The notes beneath the pieces are model-generated. The model had not been told where the DNA came from. It saw nothing but the letters and a program-made list of their open reading frames with translations, and searched no databases. 64,000 nt of DNA from Lepidodermella squamata (taxonomy: Eukaryota > Animalia > Gastrotricha): contig JBLDXI010000021.1 of the NCBI GenBank assembly GCA_047495785.1, positions 992,001 through 1,056,000 on the forward strand, in the 5' to 3' direction. Shown here piece by piece: positions 39,533 to 52,603 of this stretch. The position numbers and the translations under genes were made by a program. The stretch's first letter is position 1; each line of letters opens with the position of its first letter.

Positions 39533-40100
39533 TTTGCTGTTTTGACTTCGAACTACAAATCAGCCGATGAAATTGATATCTGAGAGGCAGACCTGAGCGA
39601 GAAAGGGGGACTTTCATAGTTAAATCGGCCAGACGTGCTAATTTTAGCTCCAGACTCCAGACGACAATGGTCTGAAATGTCAATAAAAGCTAGACATGCG
39701 CCAAATGGGCCAACTTTAAGGTGGGCCGCCGCCGCTAATGCGTTTCACAAATTCTTGATTTAACCTGCTCACAATAGCAATAATGAGAGACCAGAAACTG
39801 AACGCTCTTCTCTCCGTTTTTATTAATTAAAAATAAAAAGGCACAATTGAATAATTTATCGCGCAATTACTTTCTAAATAATAATAATATCAACCAGACA
39901 AATTATAACGGCAAAGAATTCTCTAATTAACAGAAATTTCTCACGTAGGATATTGCGGCAGGATTTTGTTACATTTTATGTTGTGGACACGTCAATAATA
40001 GGTTATTTGCTAAAACATCAATTTTTTTTACAAAAAAATATATAAGGATTGAATCGGTAAATAAAATTGATCCCACAGAATTATTTAAAAATTAAAAAAT

Positions 40101-41430
40101 TTAATAGAGATCTATAGAAAAATGAGAAGGTAGTAGTAGTGATGATGATGTTAGAATAAGAAGTGAGACTGTCAATGACAGAATTAATAGTGGCCATTTT
40201 GCATTAGTCGACAACGGGCGGGCATCAGGTGCGTTCGAGGTAGACGGGTACCTAGCCATAGGCGGCTTGAAACCGGGTGGAGCCTGGGCGTCGCGGCTGT
40301 TCGTTGTGACAACGCGGCCGTTCAGCCGTTGAATAGGCCTGAAGTTATTCTCGAGCGGGTCGAGCGCGTTCGATATGGGCGAGAAGGCCTTGACGTGCGT
40401 TCGAAACGCTGCGAGAGAATTTAACGAGATCGGGATGCGATCGGCGAACACGGTCCATGTGACTGTTTCCGAACACGGCGGCGTTGTAAGCGAGCCGTCG
40501 TAGCGGAAGTAGACCCCATCGCGAAGTATGCCGAGTGGAATAATTTTGGGAAATGATAACATCATAGGCACCTGGCTGCCGGGTTTTGATACCTGAGGCA
40601 ACAATGAGGCTATAGCTGCGAAATCGCCATCGGGCACGTTATTATCGACCATTGTCATGATAAAGCCAATCACAGCCAGGCCGTCTGGCTGACTAGCCGC
40701 CTGGTCGAATGAGCCGTATTTCCTGTTGTAATGAACCAAGTGAAGCTCCATAGGACCGGACCGATAGTCTAAACAAATCAGGAAAAATTAGCGAGAATTC
40801 GAGATTAAGTCGAAAAATTACCTATCACATGCTCTGAGCCGAGACATGCCGAATCAGTTTGAGCTCCTCCTAAAAAAAATCAGAGATTCAAATTTGCTGA
40901 GAAAAAAGCTCGAATATGACTTTACCCCAGTGAAAATGTAGCTGATCGAGTACGAAGCCATCAGGTCCTAGCCCTGATCCAGCGATGCGTGGCATCTCGG
41001 CGATCGACGCGTTGATTTTCCATAGCAGGCCCTGGCCTGTATTTTTGAGCTCGCCGAAATAAGTACCGGCAAAGTTGTAGAACTGCATCGGGTCGCTGAA
41101 CAGCAATGGGTCCATAACGGCGTCCAATGTTGCGATGTGAACCGGCGACTGGCGCCGACCATTACCGCACGTATCACTCAAATCATTCCACGCATCAATG
41201 TCTAAAATTTCAAATTTAACCCAATTAATATTAAAAAATCCACCTTAATTTTAGCGTAAAACGAAAAATAACTTACCATGATATCCCCAATTCAAGCTCT
41301 CCGTTAATTTCGGTGTCTCTCGCTTGTTATCAGAACCTAGGCGGTAGTGTTGGCGTGCGTCCGTCTTCGCGCCATAAATCGTAATCAGTAGCGCAGTTGA
41401 AACAAACAAAATGTCACGCAATCGAACCAT
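40101..41430 (-). CDS. CA5: alpha-carbonic anhydrase, Zn triad intact, hydrophobic C-terminal anchor
   Basis: CGNGRRQSPV, QLHFHWG, GSEH, MELHLVHYN, YDGSLTTPPC, NNFRP. Confidence 0.95.
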
Positions 41431-44422
41431 TGGCCAAAAAATGATCGGTTTTTTCAATTTTTAGTCGGCGCAAATCACAACTCGCCGCCTAACCATTCTT
41501 CCAAAACTTGTCGAGTCAATATCAAGTCATTAAAAACAACAACACGCTAATAACAACAGAAAAAATATCAGTTTAATTTGAGGGAACAAAAATTTGCACT
41601 GGACATTTCGCTATTCAAATGCTAATATAATTGGGGACAAAAGATGAAAGTTTTCATTAAAATTTATCTCGAAGATCATCGTATTTTTTCGCGTCTGATA
41701 TATCGCATACCAGAGAGTGACACAATTTAAATAGCATAAGGAGAGTATATAATCGGGTTGTGGGCGTGACAAAAAAAATGGCGGGAAAGAGCGCTCGCGC
41801 ACTATTTTGTTAACCTATTTTTATCTATCGACATTATCAAAAAGTGCGCGTGTCGTCTTTTTACGATGATGCGTGAAAGATCGCGCGGCCATATGGCTTC
41901 TTTGCTCCCTTTCTATGTCGCCTCTCCGTTGAGGGCGAGAATTAGCGCGTGCGCCTAGGGTATCAAGACTATTGATTAAAACCGCTCAGATCGCTGCAGT
42001 GTGTCAATTTGAGTGATGATACAATATCGCAAAGCGACCGCGCTATACGGCAGTAAACAATAGAGATCTAGCAGCAGACGGCTGGAAAAAAGTTGGTTAA
42101 AGACGATCGTGAAAAAATTTGAAAAACGGCGGAAGACGGCGGATGTGTCATCTCGCCGTGCTTAATTATAAGCGCTAGAGATTTTTCGCGCAAAACAAAA
42201 CGGCGGCGAAAAAATTCAATAATGATAAACAACAATAATAAATCTCATAAAAGAAAAATCACGGTGCAAAAAAATGCGCGTGAAAATATATAATATTCTT
42301 ACTCTTAAATGTAATAGAACTTCATTTTTACCTATAATGAATTTTCTCGGCTAAAAAACCCGCCGATCGATAGATTGAATTATATTGATCGCGCGTAAAA
42401 ATCTCCGGAAAATCGGATGATATAAAAAATAAAATATAATAATAAGTCAAGCCATTCATGCTGAACGGAAAAATCTAGCGTAGTGTTTTGTTTTTACGTT
42501 AACCTGTCAGGTTTGTTATGATACCTGAAGAATTTTTCTCAAAATATTTTTACTATATATTGCGCCAGTGATTTTAGTGATTGCGTTTTCCCGCCTCAAT
42601 TTCGCGCATCACTCTATATTATAGCGCGCACACACACACACGTGAAGCCGCAACTTTTATATGGCCTCGAGCGGCTCATTTTCGTAGATTGGCGTGTAAA
42701 AAGGCAAAACATAAGAGATAGCAATGTGACGTTTTGTTTACGAGTCGACGCCTGCAGGTTGTTCGGCTATATACCTATTATTGTTATGATACCTGCGCTT
42801 TCACTATCGCCTGTATTTATATTATTTTCGAAACAATAGCTGAAGAGGGGCAGAATATACTGGCATTTAGTGAACAGCTAAGCTCAAGTAGGCAAACCCT
42901 CTTCAGAAGTAAACGCGCGCCAGGTCTTGAAGCACATGCTCAATAACTTTAATTACTTCGCCTATTCACGAATATCTAAACAATAATTCGCGTCTGATAA
43001 TAAGAACGACGTTACCTGAAAATTACAGCCCGAAAAATTGAATGTAAAAATCTGGCTTCTTTGACACGAAATAATTAAAAAAGAATTAACGAGAAAATTG
43101 AATCTGCTCTGATATCAGCGGTATGTATTTAATTGATTTCGCACCAACGCGCGCGCTTTCCTGCTATAATATTTTTTCTACGCAGCATATAAATTGATAT
43201 TACCATCGCGTTGGTAAGGCAACGCGTAGCTAAAAAAATTACCGATTATTATAAATTCAGTAAAATATCATGAACCTAAAAAGGGCAGCTATATACGGCA
43301 TTCTAAATTTTTCGTTATTAATGAATCTATCGAAAATAGATATGCCCTCGCATATGCGGTAATAAAGAATAGCAAAGTTCAGAATATGAGCAGTATTTGG
43401 CAATTTTATAATGAAAAAACAACAAAAATACGCGTTTGTACACAGCTCAACAGGTAGTAGTCGCCCTTACACAGGTGCCGCACTGGAAATAAACTACATT
43501 GATAATGATGTTTAATGGGGCGCTTTTCACGGCAAGCCCGGCAATCCCCGCGTCTAGCAAAAAGATTTACAACTGGCGCGTTCCGAGTGAGTATATATCC
43601 TTCTCGCGAACCACTGGACGGACTTGTTTACCCAAATAAACAGGTTATTTACTCGGTAAAAAATTGTAAATAAAACAAAAATATTACTCTCTAATAAAAG
43701 GTTAATATATTTTCTGTAAATTGAAAATTATTTATAAAAATACTCCATCTCCACCGTTACCTTCAAAAATGAATTTTGAGAACATAAATATGATGGAAGA
43801 TGAAACGAAAGGTAAAAACGAATAGATAATTGGTTTGTGTTACGCCGCAGCAGCTATCTCCTGTAGGATGTACTGAGGCAATAATAGCTGTTACTGTTAC
43901 GATGTAATGCCTTTGCGTTAATGAAGCGCTAAATGTAGCGATTAAAGGCGCCCTTGTGTCTGTTGTTGGTACTGCAATCGCTGGGCGTGAAACGTTTCCG
44001 AATTGATGGATGGATGCATTGGCTATTATTAGCTTCTTATTCGGCTGGGATTTAACCAATATTTTTTAGCCACGCCGCGTAACAAATTGGCCCGGCTGCG
44101 CGGTTTTTTTCCCGCAACTCGATTAGTTAATCCCGTTCTGTATGCTTTGATTGTTCGGCACAATGATTACTGTGTACAGGAAAAAATTGAGGCGCGGAGG
44201 CTTTGTTTATAAAAGTCGTTGAAATAATATTATTTTTTGGTACTTTACCGCGAAAAAAACAAGCTGATTAAATTCATCAGGATGAGGTGAAATCTCGAAG
44301 GCTCAGGATTCGTCTATATCTGGACACGCGATTCAAAAGTCTGGGAAGACGCGTGTCCAGACAAATGAAAAGTGAAGTTCACTTAACGAACAAAGTTGAG
44401 AATTTAATTTGGAATAAAACTG

Positions 44423-45701
44423 ATGTTTCGAAATTTGATAATATTTTCGGTATGATATTGCTGTGAATTTTTGGAATTTTCTAACCGATTTTTGTCAGGT
44501 GATTCTTAGCCAGGTAGCCGCAGCGACCTCGGACTGGAGCTATAAATGTTGTTTATACCAATCAAATTTCATTAATGATTCATTATTATTCTTAAAGACC
44601 AGGAAAAATGGCCTGAGTTGTGCTTGAAAGGTCACCGGCAATCTCCGATCAACATCAATTCTTCGAATGCTATTTTCAACCCTCAGCTGGATGAACCGTT
44701 CAATTTCACGGGTTATTCGACTCGCTTAGACGGGATTCATCTTAGAAATGATGGTCACACTGTCAAGCTAAGTTTTCGTCATTTCGAACGTAGCCAGCTA
44801 CCCGGAATCAGCGGTGGAAATCTGCCCAACAATGGGACTTTCTTGCTGGTCGGCATTCATTTTCATTGGGGAACTGATCCGAATGGAAAAAATGGCTCAG
44901 AACACTACATCGGTAGGCTGGCATTTTAATTCTGGAAATTCGATTGCGGCAGCTCTTTTTCTCTAGATGGCTTGTCAGCACCTGTTGAGGTACATTTTGT
45001 GCACAAAAACGCGGCCTACAATACTACGGAAGAAGCTCTGAAGCATGAAGACGGCATTGCTGTATTGGGCTTTTTGGTAGACCCTGTTGCACCGGCTGAT
45101 CTGAAGCAACATAACCTGAACTCGGAATTTATGAAATTAGCATCGCTGTTCAAAGATGTCATAAAAGAAGGCACAGTGGGTAATAATTAAGCAAAAGCAA
45201 GCGATAGCAATAATTTTTATTTTATTTTATTGCTCTCAGCAAACGTGTCGATTGACCTAGAAAATTTATTGCCAGCTCATGGCAAGGGATTTTTCTACCG
45301 CTACAATGGATCGCTAACAGTACCACCGTGCAGCCAGGTATGTCTTAAATTCTAAAAATTTAAGGTTAAATATTGTGGTTTTAATAAAGGCCGTCACATG
45401 GACTGTATTTGAAGACCGCATTAAGGTGGACCGTTCGTTTTTTACCGCGCTAACCAGCCTGCGCCAGAACTCGGTCGACCTAGCCAGCTCGACTGCTACG
45501 GAAGTTGCGATGCTGAATACGTACCGGCTGCTTCAACAGCTGGGAAATCGCGTCGTTGAAACCAACCGACCGCCGGGGATGGCCGCAACGAATAACGAGA
45601 AAACTACCACCACCACGGCTTCATCATCCGCCGGTTGTGAAACAGTTGTTAGCTACAGCCTGCTCATCGCCGCTACCTATGTCGCTGGAATTTTTAATTA
45701 A
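44423..45701 (+). CDS. CA6: alpha-carbonic anhydrase, Zn triad intact, GPI-like tail
   Basis: MFRNLIIFS|VILSQ signal peptide, NDGHT, IHFHWG, GSEH, EVHFVH, GSLTVPPC. Confidence 0.92.
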
Positions 45702-45874
45702 AGCTACTATCAATTGTGACAGTATAATATTCTAGAAGTTTTACTCGTTTTCCTATAATAAATCGCAACAATGTGTGTCACTTTTCGCGGTGAAAAAATG
45801 CTAATTACCAGTATACTACAACGCGACTCGAAACTGGGTTATAACGAAAAATTTCAGAATTTCGAACAAACACA

Positions 45875-47082
45875 ATGCATCTCAACCTCGCTCTGACGGT
45901 AAATAGATCCGTAAAATTATGAAAAAAATTTAATTTCCTCTCAAAATAATTTTAGCTGACAGTTTTGCTCCACCAACTGCCATTGCTTTTTGCCGCTTGG
46001 GATTATAAAGGTCAGTGATTAAAAGCATTAAATCATAGATTTACAAAATTCTTTCAAGATTTCAACCAATGGGGAACAATTAACCCGGTTTGTAATACTG
46101 GCCGTGAGCAATCACCTATTGCCATAAATGGGGCGAAGGCCATTCCCGACAGTCGCCTTGCAACTGACAAGCTTCGGTTCAATAATTACGCCGGTGTCAG
46201 GCCCGGAACGCTGACAAACAACGGCCATACTCTGCAGTATTCACTGGAAACTGCTTCGGTTATCGAACACCGGCTTCGAAGGGCTGCGGCTGGAAGCGGC
46301 TCGTCGGCCTTGAAAGTTCCCTCGATCAGTGGCGGTGGATTGTTAAACGAGTACGAGTTCAAACAGGTGCACTTTCACTGGGGCCGCCTATCGCCAACAG
46401 TTCAAGGCTCCGAGCACGTGCTGGACAACAAACCGTCCCCGCTCGAAGTTCATTTTGTCCATTTTAATAAGAAATACGGAAATATTACGACGGCGATTGG
46501 CAAGGACGACGGCTTGGCTGTAATCGGATTCTTGTTTGAATACTCGCAAACGAAATCGAACGTGGATTACAAGCAGTTTGTTAGTAATGTGCCCAAAGTC
46601 ACCGCAGCTAATTCAAACGGTGAGTTGAAATGAATTCGAGGAGGGATAATCCCGTTATTTTCAACCCTAGCTCCAACTTCGATTGATTTCGGGAAGGTCA
46701 TTCCTAAGTCGGCTCTTGACGGTACCGGTGTTTATTACCGATATTTCGGCTCTTTGACTACGCCAGGGTGCGCAGAGGTGAGTTCCCATGGAATTTTATT
46801 TTTCACAAATTTTAATTTAAATTTGTATAGGTTGTTACGTGGACAGTTTTTGCCGAGCGAATTCCCATGGATGAGAAGCTGCTCGGCGAGTTTCATAAGC
46901 TGCGAAATACCGAGGGAGCTGCTCTTATCGACAATTTCCGACCCCTGCAAAACGTATTCCGCCGCCAAATTACGACCAATCGGAGAAATGGAACGAGCAC
47001 AACTGAGCCGGGTGGTTCGATCATTTTCTTCATGGCTTCAACTTTCTTTAATATGGCTATGCGGTTGGTGAAAGCTACTTAG
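45875..47082 (+). CDS. CA7: alpha-carbonic anhydrase with canonical active site
   Basis: MHLNLALT|LTVLL signal peptide, NNGHT, QVHFHWG, GSEH, EVHFVH, GSLTTPGC, DNFRP. Confidence 0.95.
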
Positions 47083-47375
47083 AGATCGTGAAGCCGAGAG
47101 ACAATCGTATCCGAACTTGAAAAATCTAACGGGTCTTCGGGCTATATTTAGCCAAATTATATATAATGCACCTTGTTATACCCATTTCCTGTTCCTGCAA
47201 AGTTGTTGATGAGAATAAAATGTATTTTTGTTGAGCTGTAAAACTGATTTTTCCTAAGAATTTTGCACTTGATAAGAAGCCTTTGGATCACGATTGTAGC
47301 CTAAATACGCGCCTGCACCTATTGAAGCTTTAATCGATTAATTTTTATTCCTCAGAATTATAGCAGAAAGGAGGC

Positions 47376-48946
47376 ATGATCTCGTCCTTAAGATTGCTTG
47401 TAAGTCTATATAAATTTATGCTATTATTTAAGATTATTTCACAATCTTACAGATGTTCATCCAAACCTTCTCAGTGTTGATTCCTTTCCTCGAAACTGTA
47501 CTTTTCAGCTGGAATTATAAAGGTAATGGAGTAACTATGGAAAAAACATGCTTTTCGAAGGCTAAAAAATCAGCTTCAGCTTAAAAAATCTGAAATCTTA
47601 AACAAAGTAAAACATACATGAGCAATTAGCGATTGATTTTTACCCTCATTTACGGTGACTGTTTGAGTTCCAAGATTCGCTTTTAAAATTGTGGGTCAAC
47701 ATGTGAATATAATTAAGGTAAAAGATCAGCTGCTTTTTTGAATTTACGAAAATGATATTTTTTCGGTCGCACATTGTCCGGTTATCCCGAATAGTTCTGT
47801 CTATTGATCTGATGCTTTTTTATTTCGAGAGCCGGAAAAATGGGGAGAACTCTGTCAGAAAAGAGGCCGGCAATCTCCGATAAACATAATGCGAAACGAA
47901 TCAGTCTACGACGAAAAATTTGACCAGCAACCTATTCGCTATCGCGGGTTTTCCCCTGATACGAATTTGACAGGTTGGCTGTTCAACTCTGGCTTTTCAG
48001 GTTCTTAAGAAAACTTTCAATTAAAAATGTTGTAAAAATTCAAACTTGTAAATACCTAGTTCAATTCACCGTGGCTAGATCTATACCTTCGTCTTCTCGT
48101 CCGACAATGGTTGGTGGTGGTCTCGGAGGCGCAAATGGTTACATTTTCGAGCAAGCTCATCTGCACTGGGGCGAAAGTCCTTTCTCTAATTCTGGAAGCG
48201 AACACTCTATAGGTAAGGATTTATTTAAAAAAAATCATAATCAAGTTATAATATGTTATAGACTATACGTATTCGGCTGCCGAGCTACACCTCTTGTTCT
48301 ATTCGAGCAAGTATTTTTCATATAAAGACGCGCTGAGTTATAGCGACGGAATTTTGGGCGTTGCCTTCTTCTTGGAGCCAGTATTGTATGACAACAAAAC
48401 TGAGGAAAATGACGAGCTCCAATTTTTTGAATTCATACCCTCAATTTCTGGCGAAGATGCGACTCGTGAGAAAAATCCAAATTATTTGTGGTTGTATGAT
48501 GCATTAATTTTGTATCAGGTTCAATTTCACTTGACCCTTCGACCTTGCTACCTCGTTTAGCTCAAAAGAATGGCTCGATTTTTTACCAATATGCCGGCAG
48601 TTTCACCACCCCGCCGTGCCTTGAAGACGTCATTTGGTTAGTTTATGAAGAGCCAGTGAAACTGCCCCTACAACGCTTCGAATTTCTGTGGCAAACCAGT
48701 CATCGAAGTTACAACTCTTCATCGGCCAATTATGAAATAGTTAAGCTGGCTAACACCAAGCGCCCCCAACAGGATTTGGCCGGCAGAACGGTTTTGACCA
48801 ACAAATTCAGCAACTTTTCAATCGCGAAAATGAACGAAAATAATGTCGATGAATCCTTAGATGCGTCTGCTTTTCGTGATAACTCTGCGACCTCAAGTTA
48901 CTTTTCGAATTATATTGTTCTCGTGATGTTAGTACATCAGCTATGA
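47376..48946 (+). CDS. CA8: alpha-carbonic anhydrase, Zn triad intact, GPI-like tail
   Basis: MISSLRLL|MFIQ signal peptide, QAHLHWG, GSEH, ELHLLF, GSFTTPPC. Confidence 0.9.
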
Positions 48947-49144
48947 TTCATGCTTTCTGATAGGACACGCGTAGGAATAATCGTGGGCTGATTGTTGACA
49001 ATAGTAAAGCTGTTATTGGTTTCATTGAAATCCAAAAGGCTCTTGTTGAATCCTCATGACTAAAGCCGAGTCATGTGCTGAAGACTTAAATAGGAGCGAT
49101 TGGCGATGAAAAATGACCGTAAATTTATTCAATATAATCTGAAA

Positions 49145-50251
49145 ATGACAAGCCCCTACTTCGTGGTCGTACTCTCTTTGTTCCGATGCTGTTCGGGTGT
49201 TGTGTTACCCTGGACCTACGATTCGCCTATAGGCTGGAATACAGGGTCGTGTCAAACTGGTTCGCGACAGAGTCCGATCGCAATTTTCTCAAATGAGACG
49301 ATTTTCGACCCAGGCTTGGTCAGCAGGCCGATTCGATTCCTTGATCACAACAAAACTTACACGGGCGAACTTTTCAACAACGGCTACACTGTTCAGTTTA
49401 ATATCAACAAAACTATCCCCATCAATCAACGCCCGCGTATCACGGGACATGGTCTAGGAACCCAGGGCTACATTTTTGAGCAGGTCCATTTTCATTGGGG
49501 CAACGGTCCTATGTCTAACGATGGAAGCGAGCACGAAATAGATGGAATAAGAACGCCTCTGGAGGCTCATTTTGTCTATTTCAATGGGAAATATCGGTCG
49601 CTAACTGAGTCGATGGGGAATTCGGACGCAGTTGTGGGGCTCGCTTTCCAATTTTTCGGGTCAAATGATACTGATACTAACGATACAACTGTTGATTATT
49701 CAGCATCATCGAACAATCTAGATTTCGTTAGAATTGAAGACACTTCAGGTATAGACGAAAAAATTAGCTTTTCTTCTAAAATCTGTAAAATTTCTGTCTC
49801 AGTTTTTCCAACTTTGAATATCGGCAAACTGATTCCTAACTGGGCAGTTTTAAATTCCAGCGTATATTTCCGTTACAATGGATCATGGGCGACGCCGCCG
49901 TGTTTCGAAAACGTGCTAGTCAACATCTATCAACAGCCGATTTTCCTGCCGATGAGTCAATTCGAGAAGTTTTTCAATCTCACAGTTCGCCGCCGTGCCA
50001 GCGACAACTCCACATCGAGCAGCCGATTCCTCCCTCTTCTAAATACGTATCGCCGACTTCAGCCGAAAAATAATCGCCAGGTTTTGGCGAACCGTCAATT
50101 CACTAATTATTCATACTTGAACGTTTCATTGCTGGGATCTACTGAGAATCTGACGAAAAATCAGCCAAATGCTGCTAATTTCCACTCATCATCACTCTCT
50201 TGCCTATTAATTGTAGCTTCGTTAGTTTCCAGCTTAATCAGCATGTGTTAG
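49145..50251 (+). CDS. CA9: alpha-CA with W198/A199 variant site, one intron (49749-49802)
   Basis: QVHFHWG, GSEH, EAHFV, NGSWATPPC, GPI-like tail. Confidence 0.92.
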   Translation: MTSPYFVVVLSLFRCCSGVVLPWTYDSPIGWNTGSCQTGSRQSPIAIFSNETIFDPGLVSRPIRFLDHNKTYTGELFNNGYTVQFNINKTIPINQRPRITGHGLGTQGYIFEQVHFHWGNGPMSNDGSEHEIDGIRTPLEAHFVYFNGKYRSLTESMGNSDAVVGLAFQFFGSNDTDTNDTTVDYSASSNNLDFVRIEDTSGIDEKISFSSKICKISVSVFPTLNIGKLIPNWAVLNSSVYFRYNGSWATPPCFENVLVNIYQQPIFLPMSQFEKFFNLTVRRRASDNSTSSSRFLPLLNTYRRLQPKNNRQVLANRQFTNYSYLNVSLLGSTENLTKNQPNAANFHSSSLSCLLIVASLVSSLISMC

Positions 50252-51289
50252 TTTTATTTGTATTAGGCCCTCCGCCGGGCGGCGCTATGCACAGGAGATT
50301 AGAAGGCGTCGAGTACAGTATCGCCCTCAATAATGAGTCCCAATCACTGTGTCGCTAAACATATAGCAAGTTATTAAAATGAGCACATATTTCATTAATT
50401 TTTATTTTTCTTTGTGTCATGTTACCTATTTTAAATTTTTCTCTGAATAATTTAAAGTAGAAATGGGATCGTTGGTGGGTTATATAGTTTCGTTGTTGAG
50501 TTCGTGCACCGGGTGCCAAGGTAGAAAAAAGCTCGAGAGCTAGAAAAGGGTAAATGCCTAGACCAAGAAGAGCGACAGAAATCTTAGCTGATTACAGCTT
50601 TGCAGTCAAGGTCGAGGCGTTCGTAGGACTGGCACCTGCCACAGCGCGGGGCACAGGATGTAAGGATCAGGTTTCATCAGGTGGCCTCTAAGGAAGCGCG
50701 ATTGCAGTTCGACTTTGCCTTCTGCGAAATCTTTCGCACCTTTGCATTGCAATTTGGATGTTCAAGGTCCTTCGTCGATGGGATGGCGTCTTCAATCGTC
50801 GAGCTCCATTCCCCTTTCAGCTCGGCAATCGGATTTGATCAATTTTGATGTTTGAAAACAAAAATTCTTTACGAAATTTTCCTGCTCCATTATAATATCC
50901 GTACTTTGTTTTTGAAACAGACTAGCGGGTTTGCCCACTTATAGTCGGGGTATTACGCGAGGCCTGTGGGTGTTGATAACCGGGTTTGGGATTGATCGGC
51001 ATTTGCGGAGGATTTAGTTCTGATGCGCTTTTTTTAACGGCCTCATGTCCCACTTCGAATTCACTTTTTCATACATGATTTTAGTGCATAGACCATGCCT
51101 CATGAAACAACAATTTTCGCGTAGGAATAATCGTGGGCTAATCGTTTAAAGTAGTAAATTCGCTAGTTTCATTGAAATCTTGTTCAATCCTGAAGCCTCA
51201 TGAACGCTGATGTCAGGTGCTGAAGACTTTTAAATAACAGCGATGGAAAAATACCCGCACAATAAATCCCTCAATAATATAATCAGAAA

Positions 51290-52406
51290 ATGATGAACCC
51301 CTACTTCTTGGTTGTATTCTCTTTGCTTTGCGAACTCCGATGTTGTACGGGTGTTGTGTTACCTTGGACCTACGATTCGCCTATAGGCTGGAATACAGGG
51401 TCGTGCCACACTGGATCGCGGCAAAGTCCGATCGCTATTTTCTCAAATGAGACAATTTTCGATCCTGGCTTGGTCAGCAGGCCCATTCGATTCCTAGATC
51501 ACAGCAAAAATTATAGCGGCGAGCTGTTCAACAACGGCTACACTGTTCAGTTTAATATAAACAAAACCATTCCCTTTAATCAACGCCCCCGTATCATGGG
51601 CCATGGTCTAGGAACCCAAGGTTACATCTTTGAGCAGGTCCATTTTCATTGGGGTAACGGTCCTATGTTAAACGATGGAGGCGAGCACGAAATAGATGGT
51701 TTGAGAAGGCCCCTTGAAGCTCATTTTATCTACTTCAATGCGAAATATCGGTCGATAACTGAGGCTCTGGGGAATTCGGACGCTGCTGTTGTTATCGCTT
51801 TCCAATTTTTCGGATCAAATGAAACCTACGAAACAACGGTTGATTATTCAGCATTATCGACCAACCTTGATCTCGTTAGAATTGAAGACACTTCAGGTAT
51901 ATTGAATAATTAAGGTTTTATCTAAAATTTATCAAGTTAATTTCACAGTGTTTCCAACTCTAAATATCGGGAAACTGATTCCTAACTGGGCATTTTTCAA
52001 TTCAAGCGTATATTTCCGTTACAATGGATCATGGGCGACGCCACCGTGTTTTGAAAATGTGATATTCAGCGTCTACCAACAGTCGACTTCACTGCCAATG
52101 AGAGAAATCGAAAAGTTTTTCAATCTCACGATTCGCCGCCATTCTGCAGATAACAGCAGCTCCACATCCAGCAACCAATACCGATTTCTCCCTCTTCTTA
52201 ACACGTATCGACAACTTCAGCCGAAAAATAATCGCCAAGTCATGGCAAATCGACAATTCGCCAATTCATACCTGAACGTTTCGTTGCCAGGATCGACAAA
52301 AAATCAGCAAAATGCCGCTAATTTTTCACATCTTCACTCGTGCCCACTCTTGGGCCTAATAATGCTGATTGTAGCATCGTTAGTGTCCAGCTTAATTTAT
52401 TTGTAA
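51290..52406 (+). CDS. CA10: recent tandem duplicate of CA9
   Basis: Near-identical peptide (VVLPWTYDSPIGWNTGSC...), GGEH, GSWATPPC, same single intron. Confidence 0.92.
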
Positions 52407-52603
52407 AATAATTAGGACTTTAATTAATTCCCCTCGGCTTTGTGAAATAAATCAGGTGTTTATCGAACGATTGTCTCTTTATCACCTCTCAGACAGATGT
52501 TTTTCAGGCAAATGCAGCACTTTTTGGCTTCAGTAATTACGGCAATCCAAAATTGTGTCCTCTAATAGACAGCATTTTAGTGTTGGAACATTTTCACCCG
52601 AAA

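Noticed and set aside
41431-44422. 3-kb gap between divergent CA5 and CA6 as a possible hidden gene or RNA gene
   Set aside because: No convincing exons, tRNA/rRNA signatures or TIRs. It is most simply a bidirectional regulatory region.
49749-49802. Long read-through ORFs in CA9, CA11 and CA13 that suggest protein insertions
   Set aside because: These are short stop-free 3n introns with GT-AG ends. The equivalent CA10 intron contains a stop.
50262-51100. Spacer between CA9 and CA10 with a short inverted match (CTATGCAC/GTGCATAG) and a ~50-codon open stretch
   Set aside because: An 8-bp match is too short to call TIRs, and the peptide is not recognisable.
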